From Candidatus Poribacteria bacterium (GTDB taxonomy: Bacteria > Poribacteria > WGA-4E > WGA-3G), in the NCBI GenBank assembly GCA_963663765.2, contig CAXXUA010000004.1, positions 1,024,001 through 1,088,000 of the forward strand: 64,000 nt of DNA. Reading direction: 5' to 3'. The translations under genes were made by a program, and so were the position numbers. Every line of letters starts with the position of its first letter. Position 1 is the first letter of the stretch. Positions 1-9,432 of this stretch are shown piece by piece. The notes beneath the pieces were generated by a model that was not told the origin of the DNA, searched no databases, and saw only the letters and a program-made list of their open reading frames with translations.

Positions 1-89
1 GGACTTTCAGAACTGATTCCTACTTTTATTTCGCGGACCCTCAGAAGCCCAAGTTTCAATTCCCTTCAAACGGGAAGGACTTTCAGAAC
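1..89 (-). CRISPR. End of CRISPR array 1 (continues beyond the window start)
   Basis: Partial repeat 1-13, 39-nt spacer 14-52, full repeat 53-89 GTTTCAATTCCCTTCAAACGGGAAGGACTTTCAGAAC. This is the reverse complement of the array 2 repeat with one substitution. Confidence 0.9.
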
Positions 90-123
90 TTATAACTTTT
101 TACTATCCTTTTTTACCTATTTA

Positions 124-211
124 TACCGAATTAACGTGAGTCGTCTTGCTAAGTGTGCGGTTAGGAAACCGCACCTACCGTTGGAAAAAGAAAAATTACG
201 TTAATTTGGTA
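124..211. mobile_element. 88-bp MITE with TTA target duplication, carrying a REP hairpin
   Basis: TIRs TACCGAATTAACGT/ACGTTAATTTGGTA; TTA at 121-123 and 212-214; near-identical copy at 39111-39198; internal GTGCGGTTAGGAAACCGCACCTAC. Confidence 0.85.
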
Positions 212-412
212 TTAGACTCTATACAGCTGTCCACTCAATTCTTTATGTTCTTAATAACCCAACACACACTTATGTTCTTCAATAGACACACAAACTCACA
301 TGTACACAGAAATGGAGGAAACTCATTGTTTAGCCACATTGAAACAACATCTCTAACGAACGAGTTATGTCAACTTAAAAAATATAATTGTTTATACATT
401 TAGGAGGAACAG

Positions 413-1405
413 ATGGCAATACTCTATATCACACAGCAAGGAGCAGTTCTCCATAAATCTGGAAATCGTATCGTCGTTAAAAAAGACCAGGATGTACTGC
501 AAGAAATACCAATCGTCAAGGTTGACGAAGTTGTCATTTTTGGCAATGGACACATGACGACACAAACAATAGGATTCTTACTTCATAAAAATATACCTGT
601 TTCATTTCTGTCTTCACAAGGAAAATACAAAGGCAAACTTCAACCGCCTTTTGCTAAAGACACGCTCCTTCGACAGCATCAATATGCAGTTGCACAAGAC
701 ACACCACAGTGCCTTGAATTAGCAAAATGTTTTGTTCAAGGCAAACTTACCAACGCAATCAGGTTTTCTCTACGACAACGTTCGCAAAATGCTGAAGTGA
801 AAGCAGCAACAAGCTCAATACGACAAACATTGGAGAAACTTGAGCAAGCCAAGAACCTGGATTCGCTGCTGGGTTACGAAGGAAGTGGCACATCCGCATA
901 TTATCGGGCATTTAGACAATTCCTCACACGCGATTGGGGGTTTACGACCCGACAATTTCGTCCATCACCAGATCCAATCAACGCCATGCTTTCACTCGGT
1001 TATACGCTCCTACACAATCACGTTTACGCATTCATTAACGTCGTTGGATTTGACCCGTATTGTGGATATTTCCATCAGCCTAAGCATGGACACGCTGCAT
1101 TGGCATCAGATCTGATGGAAGAATTCCGACAAATCATCGTAGATGGATATATTCTGACGCTTGTCAATAACAACAGGATAAAACCGACAGACTTCCAGAA
1201 GACAGAAAAAGGTATTCGCTTTACCAAGAAAGCATTGGATAGTTTCCTCAGTGGATATTATGAGCGAATGCAGCAGACGTTTCAACACCCAAAACAAAAT
1301 GAGAAAACAAGTTATCTTCGTTGTATTGAACTTCAAGTTAGACATTTAGCACGCGTGCTTAGAGGCAAAGAAGCAGTATACAAACCTTTTCTCATTCGTG
1401 CTTAG
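413..1405 (+). CDS. cas1: CRISPR-associated endonuclease Cas1
   Basis: 330 aa; LYITQQGA.L start, LLGYEG, DPINAMLSLGYTLL, GFDPY.GYFH and LASDLMEEFR motifs; AGGAGG RBS; lies between two arrays. Confidence 0.97.
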   Translation: MAILYITQQGAVLHKSGNRIVVKKDQDVLQEIPIVKVDEVVIFGNGHMTTQTIGFLLHKNIPVSFLSSQGKYKGKLQPPFAKDTLLRQHQYAVAQDTPQCLELAKCFVQGKLTNAIRFSLRQRSQNAEVKAATSSIRQTLEKLEQAKNLDSLLGYEGSGTSAYYRAFRQFLTRDWGFTTRQFRPSPDPINAMLSLGYTLLHNHVYAFINVVGFDPYCGYFHQPKHGHAALASDLMEEFRQIIVDGYILTLVNNNRIKPTDFQKTEKGIRFTKKALDSFLSGYYERMQQTFQHPKQNEKTSYLRCIELQVRHLARVLRGKEAVYKPFLIRA

Positions 1406-1769
1406 AAAATATATGCCGTCCCAACAGAAAACAGATGGGAGAAACCTCATCCTTCCATCTGTTTGCTTTCCTTTTTTTTGATTGTAATACGAAAATATTA
1501 CTTGACTATTATTCAGATTTAATGTATATTTTAAGCATAAACCCATACGCGATTTTCAAATCGCGTGTTGATACACTTAATATTTCCCATGAATACTGAT
1601 GGTGACTGAATTCTAAGCCTGTTTGTAGAATATTTCGCGTATGGTTCAGTGTTCATGCGGGTTTAGAGGCAATTTGACGAATTTTGGGTCATGAAAAAAT
1701 GACTAAAATTCGTCGCGTATGGAATCGGGCAATTTAGCCCGCACTGTGACTGGCTTCCGAGGGGGTGCT
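1406..1769 (+). promoter_or_regulatory. CRISPR leader of array 2 with sigma70-like promoter
   Basis: Non-coding region before the first repeat; TTGACT(1502-1507)-17 nt-TATATT(1525-1530); the degenerate repeat is at the far end of the array. Confidence 0.7.
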
Positions 1770-4700
1770 GTTCGGAAAGTCCTTCCCGTTTGAAGGGAAT
1801 TGAAACTCTAAACCTTGTTGTTACAGAGAACGCAGCCGTATCATGTTCGGAAAGTCCTTCCCGTTTGAAGGGAATTGAAACTTGGATCCATAGTATGGTT
1901 CGCCATCTGCTTTATTTTCGTTCGGAAAGTCCTTCCCGTTTGAAGGGAATTGAAACTTTTTGAATATAATCGCCATTGTGTTTCATACTTAAGTTCGGAA
2001 AGTCCTTCCCGTTTGAAGGGAATTGAAACACTTTTTCATTTTCACCGTCCTTTTTGTTCAGAATGTGCGTTCGGAAAGTCCTTCCCGTTTGAAGGGAATT
2101 GAAACTGCATCAATTAGTCCATTAGTCCAAGCTGCTTCAGTTTCCTTGTTCGGAAAGTCCTTCCCGTTTGAAGGGAATTGAAACCCATCGCCTTATTTTC
2201 TCGCGAGCAGACAATTGTGCTTCAGTTCGGAAAGTCCTTCCCGTTTGAAGGGAATTGAAACTATTCTAACAAGCAAGGACAGTGGATTTTCATTAGTTCG
2301 GAAAGTCCTTCCCGTTTGAAGGGAATTGAAACTTAATGAGTTGAAAGAAGGCAATGCGGAACTCATAGTTCGGAAAGTCCTTCCCGTTTGAAGGGAATTG
2401 AAACTTAGAATTAAGAATTGTATTTGTATGAGAATACGTTCGGAAAGTCCTTCCCGTTTGAAGGGAATTGAAACGATACCAAAATACTGAAGTAATTTAG
2501 TAATGCGATTGAGTTCGGAAAGTCCTTCCCGTTTGAAGGGAATTGAAACAGAAATTCCCGAGTAATCACAATAATTTTCTATCACTGTTCGGAAAGTCCT
2601 TCCCGTTTGAAGGGAATTGAAACTTTAATAACCTTATCCATACGATTTATTTCGACAGACTGAGTTCGGAAAGTCCTTCCCGTTTGAAGGGAATTGAAAC
2701 TATATTGCACATATCAGGCAAGTCTCTCTCGTCAGTTCGGAAAGTCCTTCCCGTTTGAAGGGAATTGAAACTTTGTAATACTTCTTCTTTGTATTCTTTA
2801 AAAGCAGTTCGGAAAGTCCTTCCCGTTTGAAGGGAATTGAAACTGCCATTTCTTTCATGAATGATTTGCGTTTTTCAGTTCGGAAAGTCCTTCCCGTTTG
2901 AAGGGAATTGAAACTCAGTATTTAAGTCTATAGTCAAGCCGTGTTCATTAAGTTCGGAAAGTCCTTCCCGTTTGAAGGGAATTGAAACAGTATCTAATTT
3001 CTCATCGAGTATTTCAGTAAGTATTAGGAGTTCGGAAAGTCCTTCCCGTTTGAAGGGAATTGAAACTTATATTCTATAACCCATGTTGTCCGTGTTCGTT
3101 CGGAAAGTCCTTCCCGTTTGAAGGGAATTGAAACTTCCAGTATACCTGCCCATGAATGGTATATCCAAAGTTCGGAAAGTCCTTCCCGTTTGAAGGGAAT
3201 TGAAACCTATTTGAATGTTCCACATCATTGAGTGTAAAGGATTGTGTTCGGAAAGTCCTTCCCGTTTGAAGGGAATTGAAACTGACCCAACATTCGTGGC
3301 TTTTGTCTTAAACCTAAGTTCGGAAAGTCCTTCCCGTTTGAAGGGAATTGAAACTTATCTAAAATGGCATCCTTGAACTTGCTGCGGTTTGTTCGGAAAG
3401 TCCTTCCCGTTTGAAGGGAATTGAAACTTAAATTCAACATCGTCAGGAATTTCAAATGACAAATCAAGTTCGGAAAGTCCTTCCCGTTTGAAGGGAATTG
3501 AAACAAATTGAGGTCGCGGGTTTCTCGGAATTGTTTTGTTCGGAAAGTCCTTCCCGTTTGAAGGGAATTGAAACTTTCACAGCAAGTCTTTGTGCAACTG
3601 ATGCAATTCTTTGGTTCGGAAAGTCCTTCCCGTTTGAAGGGAATTGAAACACAAACGTCCATTCCTACGCAAGAAACGTGAGTTCGGAAAGTCCTTCCCG
3701 TTTGAAGGGAATTGAAACCTAAATCTGTAATCGCATTAATTCTGTCATGCGTTTTGTTCGGAAAGTCCTTCCCGTTTGAAGGGAATTGAAACGACACTTG
3801 AATGCACACTAGCTATAACGGATGACGAGTTCGGAAAGTCCTTCCCGTTTGAAGGGAATTGAAACGAGGGAATTTTACCCATGATATACAGAAATCTTGA
3901 AATGTTCGGAAAGTCCTTCCCGTTTGAAGGGAATTGAAACTTACCGGAATTAATAACTAATCTGTTATTTGATTGTAGTTCGGAAAGTCCTTCCCGTTTG
4001 AAGGGAATTGAAACCGCCACTGACAGCTGGTAGACGGCCTTGAGAAGCTTCGCCGTTCGGAAAGTCCTTCCCGTTTGAAGGGAATTGAAACTAAAAGTTT
4101 TTTTCATCTGGTACCTCTGTTGTTTAGTTCGGAAAGTCCTTCCCGTTTGAAGGGAATTGAAACTTTAGAATTTCGCGTGGATGGAATACTGACGCGTTTA
4201 GTTCGGAAAGTCCTTCCCGTTTGAAGGGAATTGAAACATTATAAAGAAACCTTAGCGGCTGCTGTAGCGGTTTATTGTTCGGAAAGTCCTTCCCGTTTGA
4301 AGGGAATTGAAACCCATGTCAATAGGCATCTTATACTTGCCACTTTCCCAAAGTTCGGAAAGTCCTTCCCGTTTGAAGGGAATTGAAACCCAGCTAACTC
4401 TCCAACTTTATCCAAAACACGGGATAGTTCGGAAAGTCCTTCCCGTTTGAAGGGAATTGAAACTTTGCTTGCGATGTTACTGTTGTCATGTATCTCGGTT
4501 CGGAAAGTCCTTCCCGTTTGAAGGGAATTGAAACTTTGCCGTTCAGCCCTGCAGTCTCAAACGCATTTTTGGTTCGGAAAGTCCTTCCCGTTTGAAGGGA
4601 ATTGAAACTGCGCGTTCAATATTGATTTGATTCATGCGCTCTTGGTTTGCGTTCGGAAAGTCCTTCCCGTTTGAAGGGAATTGAAACAAGCAATTCGTCA

Positions 4701-5863
4701 TCGATGGTGTGTCCACCCGCGGCAGTTCGGAAAGTCCTTCCCGTTTGAAGGGAATTGAAACATGGACTTCGCACAACATTGAATCAAACCAATCGCAGTT
4801 CGGAAAGTCCTTCCCGTTTGAAGGGAATTGAAACCTTCTTCAGATACATTATCAATAGTAAAAACTTCTGAGTTCGGAAAGTCCTTCCCGTTTGAAGGGA
4901 ATTGAAACTTAAATACGTACGTGTACGGATTCACGATTTAAGTTCGGAAAGTCCTTCCCGTTTGAAGGGAATTGAAACGTCATGTTTCTCAATTCGTTCA
5001 TCGTGCTTTCTCCTTAGTTCGGAAAGTCCTTCCCGTTTGAAGGGAATTGAAACTGAAGCAGCCCAAGTCGTCGGTCAATTTACTCAGGCCAGTTCGGAAA
5101 GTCCTTCCCGTTTGAAGGGAATTGAAACTTGATTCCTTGTGATCCGTCTGTGATATTTGTGACAAGTTCGGAAAGTCCTTCCCGTTTGAAGGGAATTGAA
5201 ACTGTTGCTTTATTACAATGTGGTGGCACGGCAATAAGTTCGGAAAGTCCTTCCCGTTTGAAGGGAATTGAAACAGAATGGCACTGCGGCAGACGATTTG
5301 CCTGATAAAAAGTTCGGAAAGTCCTTCCCGTTTGAAGGGAATTGAAACTTGAACGTTAATGGCTGTGTCTGTAGTAAGTTTCGTTCGGAAAGTCCTTCCC
5401 GTTTGAAGGGAATTGAAACTTACACAGCGTGACGTGCAAAAGTTCTATGACTCTTTCCGTTCGGAAAGTCCTTCCCGTTTGAAGGGAATTGAAACTATGA
5501 ACCGCGTGGCAAAGCATCACAAGAAATAAAGTTCGGAAAGTCCTTCCCGTTTGAAGGGAATTGAAACCTACGCTTTTTTAGATTTTTTGCTATTTTTTTC
5601 CAAGTTCGGAAAGTCCTTCCCGTTTGAAGGGAATTGAAACTTGAAGAATATGAACAACTGATATTGAATGAACCGCAGTTCGGAAAGTCCTTCCCGTTTG
5701 AAGGGAATTGAAACTTAGAGGTCGGCGTAAGTTGTGCAATTCGTTCGCGCAACGTTCGGAAAGTCCTTCCCGTTTGAAGGGAATTGAAACAGTCCAACTG
5801 CGGTTCATCGGATCAACGATGATCTTGTTCGGAAAGTCCCTCCCGCTTGAAGGGAATTGAAAC
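1770..5863 (+). CRISPR. CRISPR array 2: 37-nt repeat, 56 repeats and 55 spacers (manual count)
   Basis: Repeat GTTCGGAAAGTCCTTCCCGTTTGAAGGGAATTGAAAC with unique spacers of about 31-42 nt; last repeat (5827-5863) has two substitutions; the ATTGAAAC end is typical of class 1 repeats. Confidence 0.99.
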
Positions 5864-5969
5864 TTTGCCTTCCGACACCTATGCCACCATGAACAAATAA
5901 CAATCCGTATAGAATCACTCCCATTGATTTTCCCTTTTTTGTGCTATAATATGTTTTGATAACTCCCTA

Positions 5970-5998
5970 TTGACATTGTTTATTTTTCCAAGTACAAT
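5970..5998 (+). promoter_or_regulatory. Sigma70-like promoter
   Basis: TTGACA-17 nt-TACAAT upstream of the gene starting at 6080. Confidence 0.55.
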
Positions 5999-6079
5999 AG
6001 CGTCATATTCCGTTTTATATGACGCTATTTCGTCTCATTGAAAGCAAACACAAAAAATAAACTGATCGGAGGATCAATA

Positions 6080-6790
6080 ATGAACTTCAAACAAAAGTTA
6101 GGATATATGTTTATCGGGTGTCTATTTACAATCGCAGGATACATCCTCGCATCACTGGGTGGAGATACGACACACGCACAACAAAAAGAACAGGTGATTG
6201 ATAAAATCGTTTGTAGAGAGTTGGAAGTTGTTAACGAAAAGGGAAAGGCCGTTGCCAGTATCGCTTCAAGTGTTAACGGTGGGATTATGACAGTCCAGAA
6301 CACTGCAGGAAAGATCGTTGCTGGCATCGCTGTAACTGAACATGACAGTGGGATTATGTCAGTCCAAAACACCGCAGGAAAGGTAGTTGCCTTTATTAGT
6401 GCAACGGATAAAGGTGGGGGTATGTCAATCCAAAACACCGCAGGAGAGGTAGTTGCCTATATTAGTGCAACGGATAAAGGTGGGGATATGTCAATCCAAA
6501 ACACCGCAGGAAAGAATGTTGTTTCTCTCAGGGCAACGGATAAAGGTGGGGGTATGTTAATCCAAAACACCGCAGGAAAGAATGTTGCTGGCATCGGTAC
6601 AACTAAATATGGTGGGATTATGACAGTCCATAACACCGCAGGAAAGATCGCTGTTGGCATCGCTGTAGATGTATATGGTGGGATTATGACAGTCCACAAT
6701 ACCACAGAAAAGGCAGTTGTCAATATCGGTACAACTAAAGATAGCGAAGGTTTTATACGAACCTACAAAGACGGGTGGCGCACTCACTAA
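6080..6790 (+). CDS. Secreted or membrane-anchored protein with 22-aa beta-strand repeats
   Basis: ATG at 6080 after GGAGG; hydrophobic N-terminus; about 7-8 repeats of QNTAGK.V..I.ATDKGGGMSI. Confidence 0.8.
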   Translation: MNFKQKLGYMFIGCLFTIAGYILASLGGDTTHAQQKEQVIDKIVCRELEVVNEKGKAVASIASSVNGGIMTVQNTAGKIVAGIAVTEHDSGIMSVQNTAGKVVAFISATDKGGGMSIQNTAGEVVAYISATDKGGDMSIQNTAGKNVVSLRATDKGGGMLIQNTAGKNVAGIGTTKYGGIMTVHNTAGKIAVGIAVDVYGGIMTVHNTTEKAVVNIGTTKDSEGFIRTYKDGWRTH

Positions 6791-6855
6791 ACTAAAAAAT
6801 GATCACCCAAGAATATCAGCATACATAGTCAAACATTATGATGATATTAAAACAC

Positions 6856-6885
6856 AAAAAAAAGCCGCCAACGCATGGCAGCTTT
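6856..6885. terminator. Possible intrinsic terminator hairpin
   Basis: AAAGCCGCCA-ACGCA-TGGCAGCTTT stem-loop preceded by an A-run. Confidence 0.4.
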
Positions 6886-7016
6886 GAATTCTGTTTACAC
6901 AACTATATTTTAGATACAGATATTTGATTACGGAAAGGTATTATGGGAAGATAAAGAGAGATGCATTCTGTAGAAGCACGGGCAAAATAGTGAGAGCCGA
7001 AAATCCACTATAAATT

Positions 7017-7346
7017 GTAGTAGATTTTACAATTACCTTGACAGGTTGTTTGCAGGAGGGAACTCCGATTCCCGACTTGACAGGTTGTTTGTAGGACGGA
7101 ACTCCGATTCCCGACTTGACAGGTTGTTTGTAGGACGGAACTCCGATTCCCGACTTGACAGGTTGTTTGTAGGAGGGAACTCCGATTCCCAACTTGACAG
7201 GTTGTTTGTAGGAGGGAACTCCGATTCCCGACTTGACAGGTTGTTTGTAGGAGGGAACTCCGATTCCCAACTATCAAGGCGTTCAGTCGCGATTCGGAGA
7301 TCGCTCCTACAGAAGAAGTGTAAACTTAATTGTATATTTCACTATA
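7017..7346. repeat. MITE-like element (..ATTTCACTATA end) with 6 x 39-bp tandem REP-containing units
   Basis: TTGACAGGTTGTTTGTAGGAGGGAACTCCGATTCCCGAC six times (7038-7271); same family as 58901-59524 and 62858-62994. Confidence 0.85.
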
Positions 7347-7464
7347 AAAGAAGTATCTAAAGTTTCTATCAAAGTTTGCTTGATGTTAGGGAACTAGGGA
7401 CATCGTAGGTACGAGGTTTCCTCGCCCGCGTAAAACTTCTGGTTCGGGCGTGGAGACCCCGCCC

Positions 7465-7606
7465 CATAGGCGTCAATTTAAGAAAATATTGTTGTCATTT
7501 TTCTTGTGGGAGGGTTTTTCAACCTTGATTTGAGAGGAAAAGCGCATAAATTCGGGGTTGAAAACCCCTCCCACAAGAGGTCAAAATCCTTAAATTGACG
7601 CTTATG
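7465..7606. mobile_element. IS4-family-like MITE inserted in a REP, with 19-bp duplication
   Basis: TIRs CATAGGCGTCAATTTAAG/CTTAAATTGACGCTTATG; GGGCGTGGAGACCCCGCCC at both 7446-7464 and 7607-7625; nested in a larger element ending ACTTTACACACCC (~7657). Confidence 0.8.
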
Positions 7607-7657
7607 GGGCGTGGAGACCCCGCCCCTACGTCCAGTAACCAACACTTTACACACCCC

Positions 7658-7686
7658 TTGACATTGATACCTGATTCTAATATACT
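7658..7686 (+). promoter_or_regulatory. Sigma70-like promoter
   Basis: TTGACA-17 nt-TATACT directly upstream of the 7722 gene. Confidence 0.6.
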
Positions 7687-7721
7687 TATCAAGATACTAA
7701 ATTACGACTGTTGAGTGTACT

Positions 7722-8564
7722 ATGATTGAAAAAGGGTTTTCTGGTCGTACAGTACAGAAATCTCGTATCTGTTTTATTGTTGTTTGCTTAATGTTTTTGT
7801 CATCACAGGTATTCTGTCAAGTTGAATATCCGTTTGAAAAAGCACGACCGCTATATGTTGGGGCGCGGGCATTAGGTGTGGGAAACGCTGTTACCGCTGT
7901 AGCTGATGATGCTACCGCTGGTTTTTGGAATCCTGCTGGGTTAATTCAGTGGCAAGGTGTTAAACTTTTTGGCATGATGAAGTTCCATGATAGAGACCAC
8001 TACCGGTTTGACCCAAAGGGAATCGGTTTTAGTTGGCGTGGGTATAGTCTATTCTGGGGGAACAAGATAGCTCTTGATGTTCCGAGTGGTATTTCAGATT
8101 TCAATTATTATGGTATTGCGCGTCAGCTTGGTTCGTATTTTTCTACTGGAATAAGTCTCAAATTCAAACGTCAGCATCCCGCTGATTATTATCAGTTTTT
8201 TGGTTATCACACATCCTATGACATCGGTTTGCTGTTTAAACCGCATACAAGACTCAAAGTTGGGTGTTTGTTACAGAACCTTGAGGATGTAGGTATTCAG
8301 TGGATAACGGTTGGTTCTGCTTACAGTTATTCATCCTATCAGTTTTCTGCGGACTTAGCTTACTCAACTGAGGGTGCAACCCCTGAGTTTTACTTTGGAG
8401 CAGAATGGTTTCCGACATCGTTTTTTTCAATGCGTATTGGCAATTCCAACGGTGCATTTACAGGTGGTGTAGGTCTACGGTTAATAGATGTATATGTTCA
8501 TTATGCGCGTATTTTTGAAGAACCATTCGCTTCGGATTTTATCTCTGTGGAATTGTGGTTTTGA
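7722..8564 (+). CDS. Outer-membrane beta-barrel protein, PorV/UPF0164-like
   Basis: Signal-like N-terminus; GARALG.GNA.TAVADDATA.FWNPAGL motif; amphipathic strands; terminal Phe. Confidence 0.75.
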   Translation: MIEKGFSGRTVQKSRICFIVVCLMFLSSQVFCQVEYPFEKARPLYVGARALGVGNAVTAVADDATAGFWNPAGLIQWQGVKLFGMMKFHDRDHYRFDPKGIGFSWRGYSLFWGNKIALDVPSGISDFNYYGIARQLGSYFSTGISLKFKRQHPADYYQFFGYHTSYDIGLLFKPHTRLKVGCLLQNLEDVGIQWITVGSAYSYSSYQFSADLAYSTEGATPEFYFGAEWFPTSFFSMRIGNSNGAFTGGVGLRLIDVYVHYARIFEEPFASDFISVELWF

Positions 8565-8721
8565 AGTTGTTTTGTGTAATATTGGAGTAGCTATTAGAAC
8601 CGATATTGTGACAAAAACATTAACGATATGAATGCCTTACAGCATACCTCGGGGCGCTCTTACCGAAGGGAGTACCTCCAAACATTTTTGACAGTGGAAT
8701 TCCTTATTGTGTCAGGATTAT

Positions 8722-9432
8722 TATACCAATTCTAATCAATTCTGTCTCATACCATTTCCATGTGATAATGTCTCATTAGCAGCGGAAATCTGGTAGGAGC
8801 GCCCTCACGGTCGCGACCGGGAGGTCGCTCCTACCGAAGAGAGTAACCTCTTGCCAGTAAACAGTAGAATTCCTTAATGAGACGAGATTTATTTGAATTG
8901 GTATCTTTAAGGAATTTTATTGTAATTGCTGGTTTGATGACTTCACTTCGGAAGGAGCGCCCTCACGGTCGCGACCGGGAGGTCGCTCCTACCGAAGAGA
9001 GTAACCTCTTGCCAGTAAACAGTAGAATTCCTTAATGAGACGAGATTTATTTGAATTGGTATCATTAAGGAATTTCATTGTAATTGCTGGTTTGATGACT
9101 TCACTTCGGAAGGAGCGCCCTCACGGTCGCGACCGGGAGGTCGCTCCTACCGAAGAGAGTAACCTCTTGCCAGTAAACAGTAGAATTCCTTAATGAGACG
9201 AGATTTATTTGAATTGGTATCATTAAGGAATTTCATTGTAATTGCTGGTTTGATGACTTCACTTCGGTAGGAGCGACCTCCCGGTCGCGACCAGCAAATC
9301 AAGAAATCAACGGTATGAATGCCTTTTGGCATTCCCCGGGTATGAATGCCTTTTGGCATTCCCCGGGTCGCTCCTACATGATCTCTGCAGCTAATGAGAC
9401 ATTATACAATAGAAATGGTATTAGAATTGGTT
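8722..9432. repeat. Nested MITE cluster with 3 x ~158-bp tandem units and REP hairpins
   Basis: Outer ends TACCAATTCTAAT/ATTAGAATTGGT, inner ends TACCATTTC/GAAATGGTA; GTAGGAGCGACCTCCCGGTCGCGA-type REPs. Confidence 0.8.

Noticed and set aside
146-403. 85-aa ORF before cas1 as a possible cas2
   Set aside because: No Cas2 motifs (YD, R.Q.SVF); it starts inside a MITE.
2193-5808. ORFs within CRISPR array 2
   Set aside because: Translations of repeat-spacer units.
1770-5863. Self-targeting spacers
   Set aside because: No match to this window was noticed by eye; an alignment is needed to exclude it.
7038-7271. 39-bp tandem repeat as a second CRISPR or TIGR-like guide array
   Set aside because: Units are essentially invariant with no unique spacers and derive from a REP-containing MITE.
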